A DNA stretch of 64,000 nt from Alphaproteobacteria bacterium (lineage in GTDB: Bacteria > Pseudomonadota > Alphaproteobacteria > GCA-2731375): contig CBDDBZ010000039.1 of assembly GCA_965225945.1 (NCBI GenBank), positions 288,001 through 352,000 of the forward strand, written 5' to 3'. A program made the translations under genes and the position numbers. Below, piece after piece: positions 40,628 to 51,062 of this stretch. Under the pieces are notes generated by a model. It saw only the letters and a list, made by a program, of their open reading frames with translations, was not told the origin of the DNA and did not search any database. Each line of letters opens with the position of its first letter. Within the stretch, counting starts at the first letter, position 1.

Positions 40628-41944
40628 CACCGCCGCCAGCCCATCCGCCAGCACGGCGGTGAGGATCTCGACCATCTGCCTGTCGCCGTCGTCGTGGCCG
40701 GCGAGCCGGACGCGCACGCGACCCAGGGCGCCGGGCAGCGCCCAGTCCTTGAACGGCGCGCCGTTACGAAGCGCACCGGGCTTCCTCGCCAGCACGGGCA
40801 CGTAGTGCCACGGGTCATAGACGGTCTGGTCGCGGCCGAAGCGCCGGGCATGCTCGGCGACGATCTCGCCGTCCTGGCGGATGACGATGCGATCGGCGTA
40901 GGCATGGACCTCGACCGGACGGCCGACGGCGCGCGCCGCCACGCTGTACTTGTTGCTGTCGAAGCGCACCAGGCAGGTCTTCGACACCGACGCCGGGACC
41001 GCGTGGAAGCCGTCGAACGGCCCGCGATAGCCGACCAGGGACGGACGCTCGTCCTCGAACACCTGCCAGACAGTCCTGTCCTTGAACACCGGGTGGGGAT
41101 GACGCCGGGCGTAGGCGACGCACTGGTCCAAGAGCCAGGCGTTGAGCTCGTCGTAGGTCTTGAAGCGCAGCCGCGGGGTGAAGAACCGACCGCGGATGAT
41201 CCCGACCTGGTTCTCGACCTGCCCCTTCTCCCATCCCGCTCCCGGCGTGCATGCTGTCGGTTCGACCAGGTAGTGGCCACACATCTGCACGAAGCGCCGG
41301 TTGAACGCGCGCTCCTTGCCGATGAGGACGGTCTGCACCGCCGTCTTCATGTTGTCGTAGATGCCTCGCCGGCAGGCACCCTGGAACAGCCGGAATGCCC
41401 GGTCGTGGGCGTCGAACACCATCTCCTGGCTCTCGCGCGGATAAGCGCGGACGAAGAACATTCGGCTGTGGCACAGCCGGACGTGCGCGACCTTGACCTT
41501 GGTCGTCACCCCCGCCAGCACCACGTACTCGTGGCTCCAGTCGAACTGATAGGCCTCGCCCGGCGAGAACACCAACGGCACATAGGTCTGCGCCGTCGAT
41601 GCCGAACGGCGCCACCGCCACGCCTTGGCGTAGCGCCGCACCGCGTCGTAGCCGCCGCCATAGCCCAGACCCTCGAGGGCTTCGGAGATCCGTAGCAGCG
41701 TCAGCCGCTCCCGCTTCGACTTGGTCTCGTTGGCCTCCAGCATCCGCTCCAGCTCGGCCGTCCACGGCCCCAGCTTCGGCATCGGCTGGACCCGCCGGTC
41801 GTAGGTGAACGCCGTCGCCTGCGAACGGATCACCTTGCGCACCGTGTTGCCCGAGACCTTCACGTCCCGCACGATCTCCTTGATCGGCTTCCCCTTGACG
41901 AAATACTCCCGCCGGATCCGCGCTATCGTCTCCACGACCAACAT
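40628..41944 (-). pseudogene. istA: istA, 5' part
   Basis: PGEAYQFDWS, YDNMKT and WEKGQVE; cut by the inserted element. Confidence 0.92.
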
Positions 41945-42064
41945 CCCCCACCACCTCGTCCGCCCAAAAACGAGGTGACTTGGACTAGCCAGGCTCAGGG
42001 GGTCAAATTTGGACGCCGATCACCCCTCAACAGGGGTCAACTTTGCACGCCGTTCCACACGCCG

Positions 42065-42527
42065 CGCCTGCCACGCGGTAAATCTCGCCCGGGAGCGGGG
42101 CGTGGCGCTGAAACCAGGCCTCGTCGAGCGCTTCCGAGGGTGTTACGACGCGATCACGGCCGAGGGCATCGCCTTTCACGAGGCACAACCTCCTCTTGCG
42201 CCCAGATCGAGCAAGGCCAAGCGCCGGGGAAGCAAGCCGCGCCGCACCGGGCACAACCTTCTCCGGCGCCTTCAGACACACAAGGAAGACGCGCTGCGCT
42301 TCCTCATCAATTTCGCCGTGCCGTTCACCAACAATCAGGCCGAGCAGGACGGGCGCATGATGAAGGTCAAGCAGAAAATCTCCGGCGGCTTCCGCAGCCA
42401 GAAAGGCGCCGAAGACTTTGCCACCGTCCGCGGCTTCATCTCGACCGCCAGAAAACAGGGCTGGAACATCATCCAGGCGCTCATGGAAAATCCCGAAACC
42501 CTGATCGAGCGTCTCCACGCCGCCTAA
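42065..42527 (+). pseudogene. IS66 transposase, 3' part
   Basis: VPFTNNQAEQDGRMMKVKQKISGGFRS; rejoins as LLRR|ACHAVN. Confidence 0.9.
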
Positions 42528-43698
42528 TACCAATCGGCATTAATCAGAACTTATGCGCCCATTTACGCCGCCCGATGGACGTGATGTTCCATGGTTGATC
42601 GATGAGCTTGTTCCAGGCTTCGCAGCAGGAGGTGATGATCTGCTCGTCGGATTGGAAGACCAAGTTGGACAGCCAGTTGTCGCGCATGAACTGCCAGATG
42701 TTTTCGGTCGGATTGAGCTCCGGCGAGCGTGGTGGCAGGGGCAGGAGGGTAACGTTGGCGGGGATCTTCAGCTTGTCCGTGGTGTGCCAACCCGCCTGAT
42801 CGAGGAGCAGGAGGGCATGCGCGCGCGCGCCTACCCGGGAGGAGATCTCCTCCAGATGCAGCTGCATGGCCTGGGTGTCGCAGTGGGGGAGCACGAGGGC
42901 GGCGCCGACGCCGCGTTCGGGACAGATGGCGCCGAAGATATAGGCTGATTTGGTGCGCTGGTCATGCGGTGCGCGGGGCCGGGTTCCGCGCCGCGCCCAG
43001 CGCCGAGTGATCTTGTTCTTCTGGCCGACACGGGCTTCGTCCTGCCACCAGATTTCTATCTCGGTGCCGTCGGGCAGGCGCCGGCGGGCTTGTGCCACCA
43101 GCTCGGGGAATTTTTTTTAAAATCCTCGATGACGCCCTCCTCCTGGGCATGGTGGCGCGGACGCGCCGTCATCTTCGTGAAGCCCATCGCCTTCAATTCC
43201 CGGCTCACCGTGGTCTCGTCGAGCGAGATCGCGAACATATCCCGGATCCAGCCCGCCAGATCCTTCAGCCGCCAGCGCACCACGCCGTCGACCGCCGGGT
43301 TCGGCCCCGCATCGACGCGTGCCCCCAGCGCCTGGCGTTGTGCATCGTCGAGCTTCGCCACCGCACCGGGCGCCTTGCGATCGATCAAGCCGTCCGGGCC
43401 CTCGGCGTTGAAATGCAACACCCAATCTCGGATCACCTGAAGCCCCACGTGGCCGGTCCGTGCCGCATCCGTCCGCCGCCCACCGTCATAGATCACCGCG
43501 AGAGCCAAGAGCCGGCGGCTCTGGCCGGCATCCTTGGAAAGCTTCGCCAAGCGACGCAGCTCCGCCGCATCGAAATCCTCTCGTAACCCGATCGCCGCTC
43601 CCATGGTGAACCTCCTCAACTCCGAATCACCGGAATTGAGTCAGAAATCATCCACCATGGGAATCCTCAAAGTGAGTCTCCCTCAAGGCCAATTGGTA
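42528..43698 (-). mobile_element. IS630-family insertion sequence
   Basis: TACCAAT/ATTGGTA ends; TA(A) duplicated at the IS66 transposase stop codon. Confidence 0.88.
42544..43604 (-). CDS. IS630 transposase in two frames, probably joined by a -1 frameshift
   Basis: HTH ORF plus WQDEAR...LDQAGWH...SPELNPTE; slippery TTTTAAAAAAAA at ~43111-43122. Confidence 0.88.
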
Positions 43699-44246
43699 TA
43701 AAAGGCCACCATGTACCTGGGCAGTTACAAGATATTTTTCATTCTCGGCCCGGATGGTGGACGGCTAAATTCACGTCGTCGCACACCAGAGGCCGGCCTG
43801 TCCGACGCCAATATTCCTCTATTCTTCAACAAGATAGCGCTGCTCTAGAAATTTTATGACAAGTGACGGAACATACCGCACTGAGTAGTCGCGCGCAATC
43901 ACGTTTACAAAGATTTCGAGAAATTGGCTCTGAACTATAACTTCGCGGAGAATCCGGACGTAGGATGGACTTCAACCCAAATGTCCCGCCTGATTAGAAA
44001 GCTAAGCAGCAGATTTCGAATGAGCGCTCGTGACCCATTGGCGGCGTTTGGACAGCGTTATATTCGGTGTGCCGAAGGCCTGCTTCGGGTCGACAATCTT
44101 CTATTGGCACCGGGTAATGTTACGGAGAGTCTTGGGGATATAACAGACATCGCGAGGCCATTGCGGACATTGCCTCGGATCGGCTGTTGTCGCGTTTTGC
44201 ACGCTTCAGTTGGTGAACAAAAACGGTGGAGTTCGAAACGACGCGC

Positions 44247-45131
44247 TCACTCCAGCTCCCGCTCGCGCCCCAGCCGCTGGCAGATATCGTCGAGTTGCTC
44301 CAGTGTTTCGTAGCGGATGCGGATCTCGCCGGCCTCGCCCTTGTGCGCGATCGCCACCACCAGGCCCAGCAGCTCGCCGAGCTCGCGTTCCAGCGCGCGG
44401 CTGTCGGCCTCGCCCGGCGCCGGCGCGGCCGGCGTGGCGCCGCTCCCGGCGTGCTCGGCCCGCCGGGCCCGTTTCGCCAGGCGCTCGACCTGGCGGGCGC
44501 TGAGGCCCTTCTGGACGATCTCGACGGCGAGCCGCTCGGCCCCCTCGATGCCGATCAGCGGGCGGGCCTGGCCGGGGCTCAAATCGCCCTCGTGCAGCAG
44601 CGTCTGGACCGCTTCGGGCAACGACAGCAAGCGGAGCGTGTTGGCGACGTGGCTGCGGCTCTTGCCGACCATGCGGGCGATGGCGTCCTGGTTCTGGCCA
44701 TGTTCGTCGATCAGGCGGCGATAGCCCTCCGCCTCCTCGATCGGGGTCAGATCCTCGCGCTGAATGTTTTCCACCAGCGCCAGTTCCAGGGTCTGGGCGT
44801 CGGAGAGTTCGCGGACCAGGATCGGCACCGTATGCAGCCGCGCCCGTTGCGCCGCCCGCCAGCGCCGCTCGCCGGCGACGATCTCGAAGCCATCGCCGTC
44901 GGGGGCGGGGCGTACCAGGATCGGCTGCAGGATGCCGCTGGCGCGAATCGAGACCGCCAGGTTCTCGATCTCCGCCTCGTCGAAGCGGCGGCGGGGTTGC
45001 AGGGGATTGGGCTTCAGGCGCTCGATCGCCGCTGTGCGCGCCGGCTCGAGGTCCGAATTTTCCTCGGCCCCGTCGTCCAGCAGGGCCGAGAGGCCGCGGC
45101 CCAGACCGCGCCGCCGGACCTCCTCGATCAT
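44247..45131 (-). CDS. parB: Chromosome partitioning protein ParB
   Basis: RGLGRGLSALL, QPR, GILQP, AGERRWRA and ENIQREDL. Confidence 0.97.
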   Translation of the reverse strand: MIEEVRRRGLGRGLSALLDDGAEENSDLEPARTAAIERLKPNPLQPRRRFDEAEIENLAVSIRASGILQPILVRPAPDGDGFEIVAGERRWRAAQRARLHTVPILVRELSDAQTLELALVENIQREDLTPIEEAEGYRRLIDEHGQNQDAIARMVGKSRSHVANTLRLLSLPEAVQTLLHEGDLSPGQARPLIGIEGAERLAVEIVQKGLSARQVERLAKRARRAEHAGSGATPAAPAPGEADSRALERELGELLGLVVAIAHKGEAGEIRIRYETLEQLDDICQRLGRERELE

Positions 45132-45970
45132 GGCGCGACTCTCCCCGCCTCGCGCCGCAACATCTCGCCGGCGAGCGCCATGTAGGCCAGGCTGCCGGCG
45201 CAGCGGTGGTCGTAGTACATCGCCGGGGTGCCGTGCGAGGGCGCCTCGGAGATTCGGACGTTTCTCGGGATCATCGTGTCGTAGACCTTCTCGCCCATGT
45301 GTCCCCTGACGTCGGCGGCGACTTGGCAGGCGAGCTTGTTGCGCCGGTCGTACATGGTCAAAACGATGCCCTGGATCTCCAGCTCGCGATTGTGGCTGCG
45401 GCGCAGCCGCTCGATGGTGCCCAGCAGCATGGTGAGGCCTTCCAGCGCGAAAAATTCGCACTGCAGCGGCACCATCACCGAATTGGCCGCCACCAGGGCG
45501 TTCACCGTCAACAGGCCGAGCGAGGGCGGACAGTCGATCAGCACGTAATCATAGGCCTCCCGCGCCGGCCCGAGGGCCCGGGCCAGGCGCCGGGTGCGGC
45601 GTTCGAGATCGAACAGCTCGATTTCGGCGCCGGAGAGGTCAGCGGTGGAGGGCACGATGTCGAGGCCGGCCACCTTGGTCTCCTGCCGCACGCCAGCGAG
45701 ACTCTCGTGGCCGAACAGCAGGGCGTAGGCACCGCCGCCGCGCGCGCTCCTGGCGAGGCCGAGGCCGGTGCTGGCGTTGCCCTGGGGATCGAGATCGACG
45801 ATCAGCACCCGTTTTTCGACGCAGGCGAGCCCGGTGGCCAGGTTGATCGCGGTCGTGGTCTTGCCGACGCCGCCCTTCTGGTTGGCGACGGCGATGATGC
45901 GGGACGAGGGCCGCGCCGCCGGCGCGCTGGCCTCGTCCCGGGGTCGAAAGCTGATGATCGAATCATTCAC
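45128..45970 (-). CDS. parA: Chromosome partitioning ATPase ParA
   Basis: NQKGGVGKTTT, DLDPQGNAS and DCPPSLG. Confidence 0.97.
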   Translation of the reverse strand: MNDSIISFRPRDEASAPAARPSSRIIAVANQKGGVGKTTTAINLATGLACVEKRVLIVDLDPQGNASTGLGLARSARGGGAYALLFGHESLAGVRQETKVAGLDIVPSTADLSGAEIELFDLERRTRRLARALGPAREAYDYVLIDCPPSLGLLTVNALVAANSVMVPLQCEFFALEGLTMLLGTIERLRRSHNRELEIQGIVLTMYDRRNKLACQVAADVRGHMGEKVYDTMIPRNVRISEAPSHGTPAMYYDHRCAGSLAYMALAGEMLRREAGRVAP

Positions 45971-46601
45971 GGCGGACCTCGCCCAAGCGCAGTACCGTGC
46001 CGTGGGGATCACTGAGACTCGGAAAGCGCTCGACCCGCATTTTCCAAGATTTAGTGGTCTCAGTCAATTCTTTGTCGACATCTTGACCCTTGAGCAGCAA
46101 AAAAACCGTATGCGCCTCGATCTGATCGGCGGCGAGATCGAGCAATCGGGAGAGCGGCGCGAAGCCCCGCGCGGTGATGATATCGGGCCGGAGAGGCGAC
46201 AGCGACTCGAGCCGCGTGCCGTGCAGCGTGATCTCGGCCTCGGCGTGCCGCGCCGCTTCGCTCAGAAAGGTGGCTTTTCGCCCGTCGCTCTCCACCAAGT
46301 GGACGTCGCCGACGCCCAGGATCGCCACCACGAGGCCGGGAAAGCCAGCGCCGCTGCCGAGATCGAGCCAGCGCCGGGCGCCGGGCTGCGCGTGGCGCGG
46401 CAGTTGGCCTGAATCCAGGACATGGCGGCGCCAGGGGTCCGCTAAGGTCGAGCGGCCGACCAGATTGATCGCCGGGTTCCATTTTTCGAGCAGCGCCAGG
46501 TGGCGCGCCAGGCGATCGAGTGTTTCACGTGAAACATCGAGCAGGCGGCCCAGACCCTCGCCCGTCAGCGGGGTCTCGGCCGCCGGCCGGCGGGCGATCA
46601 G
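45963..46601 (-). CDS. rsmG: 16S rRNA m7G methyltransferase RsmG (GidB); apparent CTG start
   Basis: Manual translation [10 protein letters not shown]...KWNPAINLV...RHVLDS...[11 protein letters not shown]...ITARGFAPL...LKG in one open frame. Confidence 0.92.
   Translation of the reverse strand: MIARRPAAETPLTGEGLGRLLDVSRETLDRLARHLALLEKWNPAINLVGRSTLADPWRRHVLDSGQLPRHAQPGARRWLDLGSGAGFPGLVVAILGVGDVHLVESDGRKATFLSEAARHAEAEITLHGTRLESLSPLRPDIITARGFAPLSRLLDLAADQIEAHTVFLLLKGQDVDKELTETTKSWKMRVERFPSLSDPHGTVLRLGEVRRE
46521..46536. promoter_or_regulatory. parS site (within rsmG)
   Basis: Perfect TGTTTCACGTGAAACA. Confidence 0.95.
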
Positions 46602-48460
46602 ACGGCCTCGCGCGACGGCCGCCGCCGCGCCCGGCTCAGCAGCGCCGCCAGCGCCGCCGGCGTCATCCCCGGAATGCGCCCCGCCGCGCCGATGGTGGCC
46701 GGACGGTGGCGCTTCAGCAATTCCCGCGCCTCGGCCGAGAGCCCGCCGATCGCGTCGTAATCCAGCTCGCCCGGCAGCAGCAGATCCTCCTCCCGCCGGA
46801 AGGCGACGATGTCGGCCTCCTGGCGCTCCAGATAGCCATGATAGTGGGCGTCGATCTCCACCCCTTCGGCGACCTCGGGCGCCGCCCGGCCGAGTTCCGG
46901 CCAGATCGCCGCCAAGCCAGCGAGGGTGACGCCGGGATAGGCCAGCAGGTCGAAGGCGCTGCGGCGCCGGCCGTCCAGGTTCACCGCCATGCCGCGGGCC
47001 CGCCAGGCGTTGGGGCTCAGCTCCAGCTCCGCCAGCCGGCGGGCGAGCCCGTCGAGCGCGGCCATCTTCGCGGCGTGCGCCGCCGTCCGCTCCGGCCCGA
47101 CGCAGCCGAGCGCGATTCCCGCCCCCGTCAGCCGACGATCGGCGTTGTCGGCCCGGAGCCGCAGGCGATACTCGGCCCGCGAGGTGAACATGCGGTAAGG
47201 CTCGCTCACCCCCCGCGTCACCAGATCGTCGATCATCACGCCGATATAGGCCTCCGTGCGATCCGGCAGATAGGCTCGCTCTCCCGCCGCCGAGCGGGCG
47301 GCGTTGAGGCCGGCGATCAGGCCCTGCGCGGCGGCTTCCTCGTAGCCGGTGGTGCCGTTGATCTGCCCGGCGAGGAAGAGCCCGGCCAGGGCCCGCGTCT
47401 CCAGCGCCGGGGTCAGCTCGCGCGGATCGACATAGTCGTATTCGATGGCGTAGCCGGGGCGCAGGATTTCCGCGCCTTCCAGACCGGGGATCGAGGCCAC
47501 CAGCGCCGCCTGCACCTGGCGCGGCAGCGAGGTCGAAATCCCGTTCGGATAGACCGTGTGGTCGTCCAGCCCCTCCGGCTCCAGGAAGATCTGGTGGTGG
47601 TCGCGATCGGCGAAGCGGTGGATCTTATCTTCGATCGAGGGGCAGTAGCGGGGGCCGATCGACTCGATTCGGCCCGAATACATCGGCGAACGGTCGAGGT
47701 TGGCGCGGATGATCGCGTGGCCCTCGGGCCCGGTATGGGTGATGTGACAGTCGATCTGGGGCGTCGTGGTGCCCCGGGTCAGAAACGAGAAAAAGCTGGG
47801 GCTCGCGTCCCCCGGCTGGCGCTCGAGCCCCGAGCTATCGATGGTGCGGCCGTCGAGACGCGGCGGCGTTCCGGTCTTCAGCCGGCCCATGGCCAGGCCC
47901 AGGTCACCAATCGTCCGGGCGAGGCCGATCGAGGGCGCCTCCCCCACGCGCCCCGCGGGCCAAGATTCCTCCCCGAGGTGGATCAACCCCCGGAGGAAGG
48001 TGCCGGTGGTCAAGACCACGCGGCCGGCGGCGATGCGCTCCCCCTCGGCGGTGACGACGCCCGCTACCCGGTCGTCTTTCGTGATCAGGTCCTCGACGGC
48101 GGCGGCCTTGCTCTCCAGGCCGGGGACGGCGGCGAGCGCGCCCTGCATAGCCCGGCGATAGAGCTTGCGGTCGACCTGGGCGCGGGGCCCCCGCACAGCC
48201 GGTCCCTTGCTCAGGTTGAGCAGGCGGAACTGGATTCCGGCGCGGTCCGCGACCCGGCCCATCAGGCCGTCGAGCGCGTCGATCTCGCGCGCCAGATGGC
48301 CCTTACCGAGGCCGCCGATCGCCGGATTGCAGCTCATCTCGCCGATGGTGTCGAGCCGGTGGGTGAGCAGCAGCGTGGCCGCGCCGAGGCGCGCGGAGGC
48401 CGCCGCCGCTTCCGTGCCGGCGTGACCGCCGCCGATGACGATGACGTCGTAGCCGCCCAT
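46598..48460 (-). CDS. mnmG: tRNA uridine-5-carboxymethylaminomethyl modification enzyme MnmG (GidA)
   Basis: [26 protein letters not shown] and [12 protein letters not shown]. Confidence 0.98.
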   Translation of the reverse strand: MGGYDVIVIGGGHAGTEAAAASARLGAATLLLTHRLDTIGEMSCNPAIGGLGKGHLAREIDALDGLMGRVADRAGIQFRLLNLSKGPAVRGPRAQVDRKLYRRAMQGALAAVPGLESKAAAVEDLITKDDRVAGVVTAEGERIAAGRVVLTTGTFLRGLIHLGEESWPAGRVGEAPSIGLARTIGDLGLAMGRLKTGTPPRLDGRTIDSSGLERQPGDASPSFFSFLTRGTTTPQIDCHITHTGPEGHAIIRANLDRSPMYSGRIESIGPRYCPSIEDKIHRFADRDHHQIFLEPEGLDDHTVYPNGISTSLPRQVQAALVASIPGLEGAEILRPGYAIEYDYVDPRELTPALETRALAGLFLAGQINGTTGYEEAAAQGLIAGLNAARSAAGERAYLPDRTEAYIGVMIDDLVTRGVSEPYRMFTSRAEYRLRLRADNADRRLTGAGIALGCVGPERTAAHAAKMAALDGLARRLAELELSPNAWRARGMAVNLDGRRRSAFDLLAYPGVTLAGLAAIWPELGRAAPEVAEGVEIDAHYHGYLERQEADIVAFRREEDLLLPGELDYDAIGGLSAEARELLKRHRPATIGAAGRIPGMTPAALAALLSRARRRPSREAV

Positions 48461-48538
48461 GGCCTTCCTGCTCCCGCCTTGGCCCGAAGTCGCCCGGAAT
48501 GTAGGGAGGGGTGCCGGCGAAGTCAAAACCAGGCACCA

Positions 48539-48554
48539 TGTTTCACGTGAAACC
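48539..48554. promoter_or_regulatory. parS site
   Basis: TGTTTCACGTGAAACC (15/16 match). Confidence 0.92.
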
Positions 48555-48581
48555 GCGACAGGCGTTGCCGTTCGGTGTCAA

Positions 48582-48750
48582 TCGCGGCCCCTGAGCGGCT
48601 TGGGGCGGCCCGCCGCCGCGTTTTCATTTCGTTATCGAAACAAACAGTAAATTCGCCCGCCGAGCGGCCTCGAGTGCGGATGAGGCCGAATGAAAGCGGG
48701 AGAATAAGGATACCGAGGCAAAGCCGAGGAACTTTTTCACGATCAGCGAT
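48582..48750 (+). repeat. Dispersed ~170-bp intergenic repeat, copy B
   Basis: Similar to 28547-28715; lies between 55-bp direct repeats. Confidence 0.8.
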
Positions 48751-48788
48751 GTAGGAAGGGGCGCCGGCGAAGTCGAAACCAGGCGCGA

Positions 48789-48804
48789 TGTTTCACGTGA
48801 AACA
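48789..48804. promoter_or_regulatory. parS site
   Basis: Perfect TGTTTCACGTGAAACA. Confidence 0.95.
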
Positions 48805-48818
48805 TCGTCATACGTCGC

Positions 48819-50153
48819 TTATTTGCCGATGCAGAATTCCGAGAACACAATATCTAGTATGTCCTCGACGTCGACGCGGCCGGTGATGCGGCCGATCGCG
48901 CGCGCCGCGAGGCGCAGGTCCTCGGCCATCAGCTCAGCTTCGCCCGCTGCTAGCGCCCGCGCCAGCGCGGCGCGGCACTCACCGAGCGCGCTCCGGTGGC
49001 GGGTCCGCGTCACCAACGGCGCAGCGCCGCCATCGAGCCGCCGCGCCGCCTCCCGCTCCAGCCGCGCGAGCAGATCGTCGAGCCCCTGGCCGGTCCGGAG
49101 CGAGAGCGGAATCGGGCTCTGGCCGGCGAATTCGGCCGGCGCCGGGGCGAGGTCGATCTTGTTGGCGAGGATCAAAGCGTCCTCGCCCGTCACCGCCGCC
49201 AGGCTCTCGGCGTCAGGGGGCTCGGCGGCGTCGATCACGACGAGCCGCAGATCCGCCGCCTCGCCGCGGCGCCGGGCGCGCCGCACGCCTTCCGCCTCCA
49301 CCGCCTCGCGGGGCCGGCGGAGGCCGGCGGTATCGGCCAGGATCAGGGGATAGCCGGCGAGATCCAGGCGCACCTCCAAGACGTCGCGGGTGGTCCCGGG
49401 CTGGTCCGTGACGATGGCGACGTCGCGTTTGGCGAGCGCGTTCAGCAGGCTGGACTTGCCGGCGTTGGGCGGCCCCAGGATCGCGACCTGGAGGCCGTCG
49501 CGAAGCCGCTCGCCGCGGCGCTCGTCCTCCAGATGGCGCGCGATCTCGCCCGCCAGCGCGGCGATTTCGCCCGGCAGCCGGGCCACGGCGCCCGCCGCGA
49601 CGTCGCCCTCCTCCTCGGCGAAGTCGATCTCGGCCTCGATCTCGGCCAGCAGGCGCAGCAAGCGCCCGCGCCAGGCCTCGTAGAGTCCGCCCAGCCGGCC
49701 GCCCATCTGGTCGAGGGCCTGGCGCCGTTGCCGGGCGGTTTCGGCGGCGATCAGGTCGGCCAGGCCCTCGGCCTCGGTCAGGTCCAGCTTGCCTTCCAGG
49801 AAGGCGCGGCGGGAGAATTCCCCCGCTTCGGCCGGGCGCAGGCCCGCCACGCCCGCCAACGCCTCCAGCACGCCGGAGAGAACCGCCGCGCCGCCGTGGA
49901 GGTGCAGCTCCACCACATCCTCCCCGGTGTAGCTCGCGGGCGCGGGAAACCAGAGCACCAGCGCCTCGTCCAGGATCTCGCGCGCCTCGGGATCGCTGAG
50001 CCGCCGCCGGGTCGCCACGCGGGGCGTCGGGAGCTCGGCCCCCGTGAGCTTGCGGAGGGCTTCGGCGGCGGCCGAGCCGGAGACGCGGATTACCGCGATG
50101 CCAGCGCGGCCACGCCCGCTCGCCGGGGCGAAGATGGTGGCGCCGTCGGTCAT
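48819..50153 (-). CDS. mnmE: tRNA modification GTPase MnmE
   Basis: GPPNAGKSS, PGTTRD, DTAG, NKID and terminal FCIGK. Confidence 0.98.
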   Translation of the reverse strand: MTDGATIFAPASGRGRAGIAVIRVSGSAAAEALRKLTGAELPTPRVATRRRLSDPEAREILDEALVLWFPAPASYTGEDVVELHLHGGAAVLSGVLEALAGVAGLRPAEAGEFSRRAFLEGKLDLTEAEGLADLIAAETARQRRQALDQMGGRLGGLYEAWRGRLLRLLAEIEAEIDFAEEEGDVAAGAVARLPGEIAALAGEIARHLEDERRGERLRDGLQVAILGPPNAGKSSLLNALAKRDVAIVTDQPGTTRDVLEVRLDLAGYPLILADTAGLRRPREAVEAEGVRRARRRGEAADLRLVVIDAAEPPDAESLAAVTGEDALILANKIDLAPAPAEFAGQSPIPLSLRTGQGLDDLLARLEREAARRLDGGAAPLVTRTRHRSALGECRAALARALAAGEAELMAEDLRLAARAIGRITGRVDVEDILDIVFSEFCIGK

Positions 50154-50188
50154 GTTCGCCTCGCCCGGCCCGGGTGAGCGGGTCGACT

Positions 50189-50566
50189 TTACTCCGCCGC
50201 CTGGCGCAGCTGTTCGGGGCGGAGCTCGACCTGTTCCGGATCGAGCATCAGGCGCCGGACCCGGCCGCCCTCGATCACGTGGGTGTTCAGGATCTCGTCC
50301 AAGTCCTCGGTATTGCGATAGGTGTACCAGACGCCCTCGGGATAGATCACCATGGTCGGGCCCAGCTCGCAGCGGTCGAGGCAGCCGGCGATGTTCACTC
50401 GGACGCCCTCGAGCTTGAGCTGTTTTGCCTTGGCCTTCAGATAGTTGCGCAAGCGGACCGAGTCTTTCTCGCTGCAGCAGCCGCGCGGGTGGCCCGGCTG
50501 GCGCACGTTGGTGCAACAGAAGATGTGGCGCTCGTAGTAGAGCGGCGACGTCGACTCCGCGCTCAC
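50189..50566 (-). CDS. Thioredoxin-like [2Fe-2S] ferredoxin
   Basis: HIFCCTN...GCC...AGCLDRCELGP...YPEGVWY. Confidence 0.9.
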   Translation of the reverse strand: MSAESTSPLYYERHIFCCTNVRQPGHPRGCCSEKDSVRLRNYLKAKAKQLKLEGVRVNIAGCLDRCELGPTMVIYPEGVWYTYRNTEDLDEILNTHVIEGGRVRRLMLDPEQVELRPEQLRQAAE

Positions 50567-50703
50567 GCTGTTTCGGCCTCCCTAGGGTTCTGATTCAGAG
50601 GTAGTTACGCAACCGAACTGAATCGAAAGACCATTAAATCCAATGGGATAGTGCTGCACATGACACTAATAACCTGGTATTATTTGTTTGATCTACGGCA
50701 ATA

Positions 50704-50952
50704 TTACTGGTCCGTTTTGCCGCCGCCCGAGAAGCCGCTCCAGAAGGTCTTCTGCAGGCGTTCCCAACCTTCCGCGCCGCCGGCCGGCATCCAGACTTTC
50801 AGCAAGCTCTCCGGATCGCTTGCCTGGACAAACTCGCTCATCCGCGCCGCCAGTTCCTCCCCCAGACGCTCCTGCATGGCCCGGAGGTCGGGCAGGCCCA
50901 AGGCCGCCCGCGCCTCTTCCGGCGTGCAGTCGATCTCGATGCTGATCTTCAT
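50704..50952 (-). CDS. Conserved small protein (DUF6489-like)
   Basis: MKISIEIDCTPEEARAALGLPD. Confidence 0.8.
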   Translation of the reverse strand: MKISIEIDCTPEEARAALGLPDLRAMQERLGEELAARMSEFVQASDPESLLKVWMPAGGAEGWERLQKTFWSGFSGGGKTDQ

Positions 50953-51062
50953 GCCGCGTCGATCCCGTGCTAGGTTGCCCCGGCGCGCCCGCAACCCTAT
51001 GCGAGAGCCGGCGCCGGCGCAAGAATGGCCATCAAGTGGTCGCGGGCGCGAGAGGGACGGCC

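Larger units (their letters stand above)
35368..42059 (-). mobile_element. Canonical IS21-family element (interrupted)
   Basis: TGT...ACA ends with repeated ttgacccc/ggggtcaa motifs; 5-bp TSD CGCCG. Confidence 0.92.
33030..43728 (+). mobile_element. IS66-family element (single ORF, ISBst12-like) holding four nested ISs
   Basis: 15-bp IR GTAACTGCCCAGGTA; 8-bp TSD AAGATATT. Confidence 0.93.

Noticed and set aside
43105-43122. Frameshift in the IS630 transposase as an error or pseudogene
   Set aside because: An A-rich slippery site between the HTH and DDE halves is normal for IS630 elements.
45963-46482. rsmG appearing truncated or frameshifted in the ORF track
   Set aside because: Manual translation gives one open frame back to 46601; only a standard start codon is missing.
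50584-50700. AT-rich spacer sharing agaccattaa.tccaat with ~56360-56376
   Set aside because: The match is too short to define an element, though it may be another degenerate repeat.
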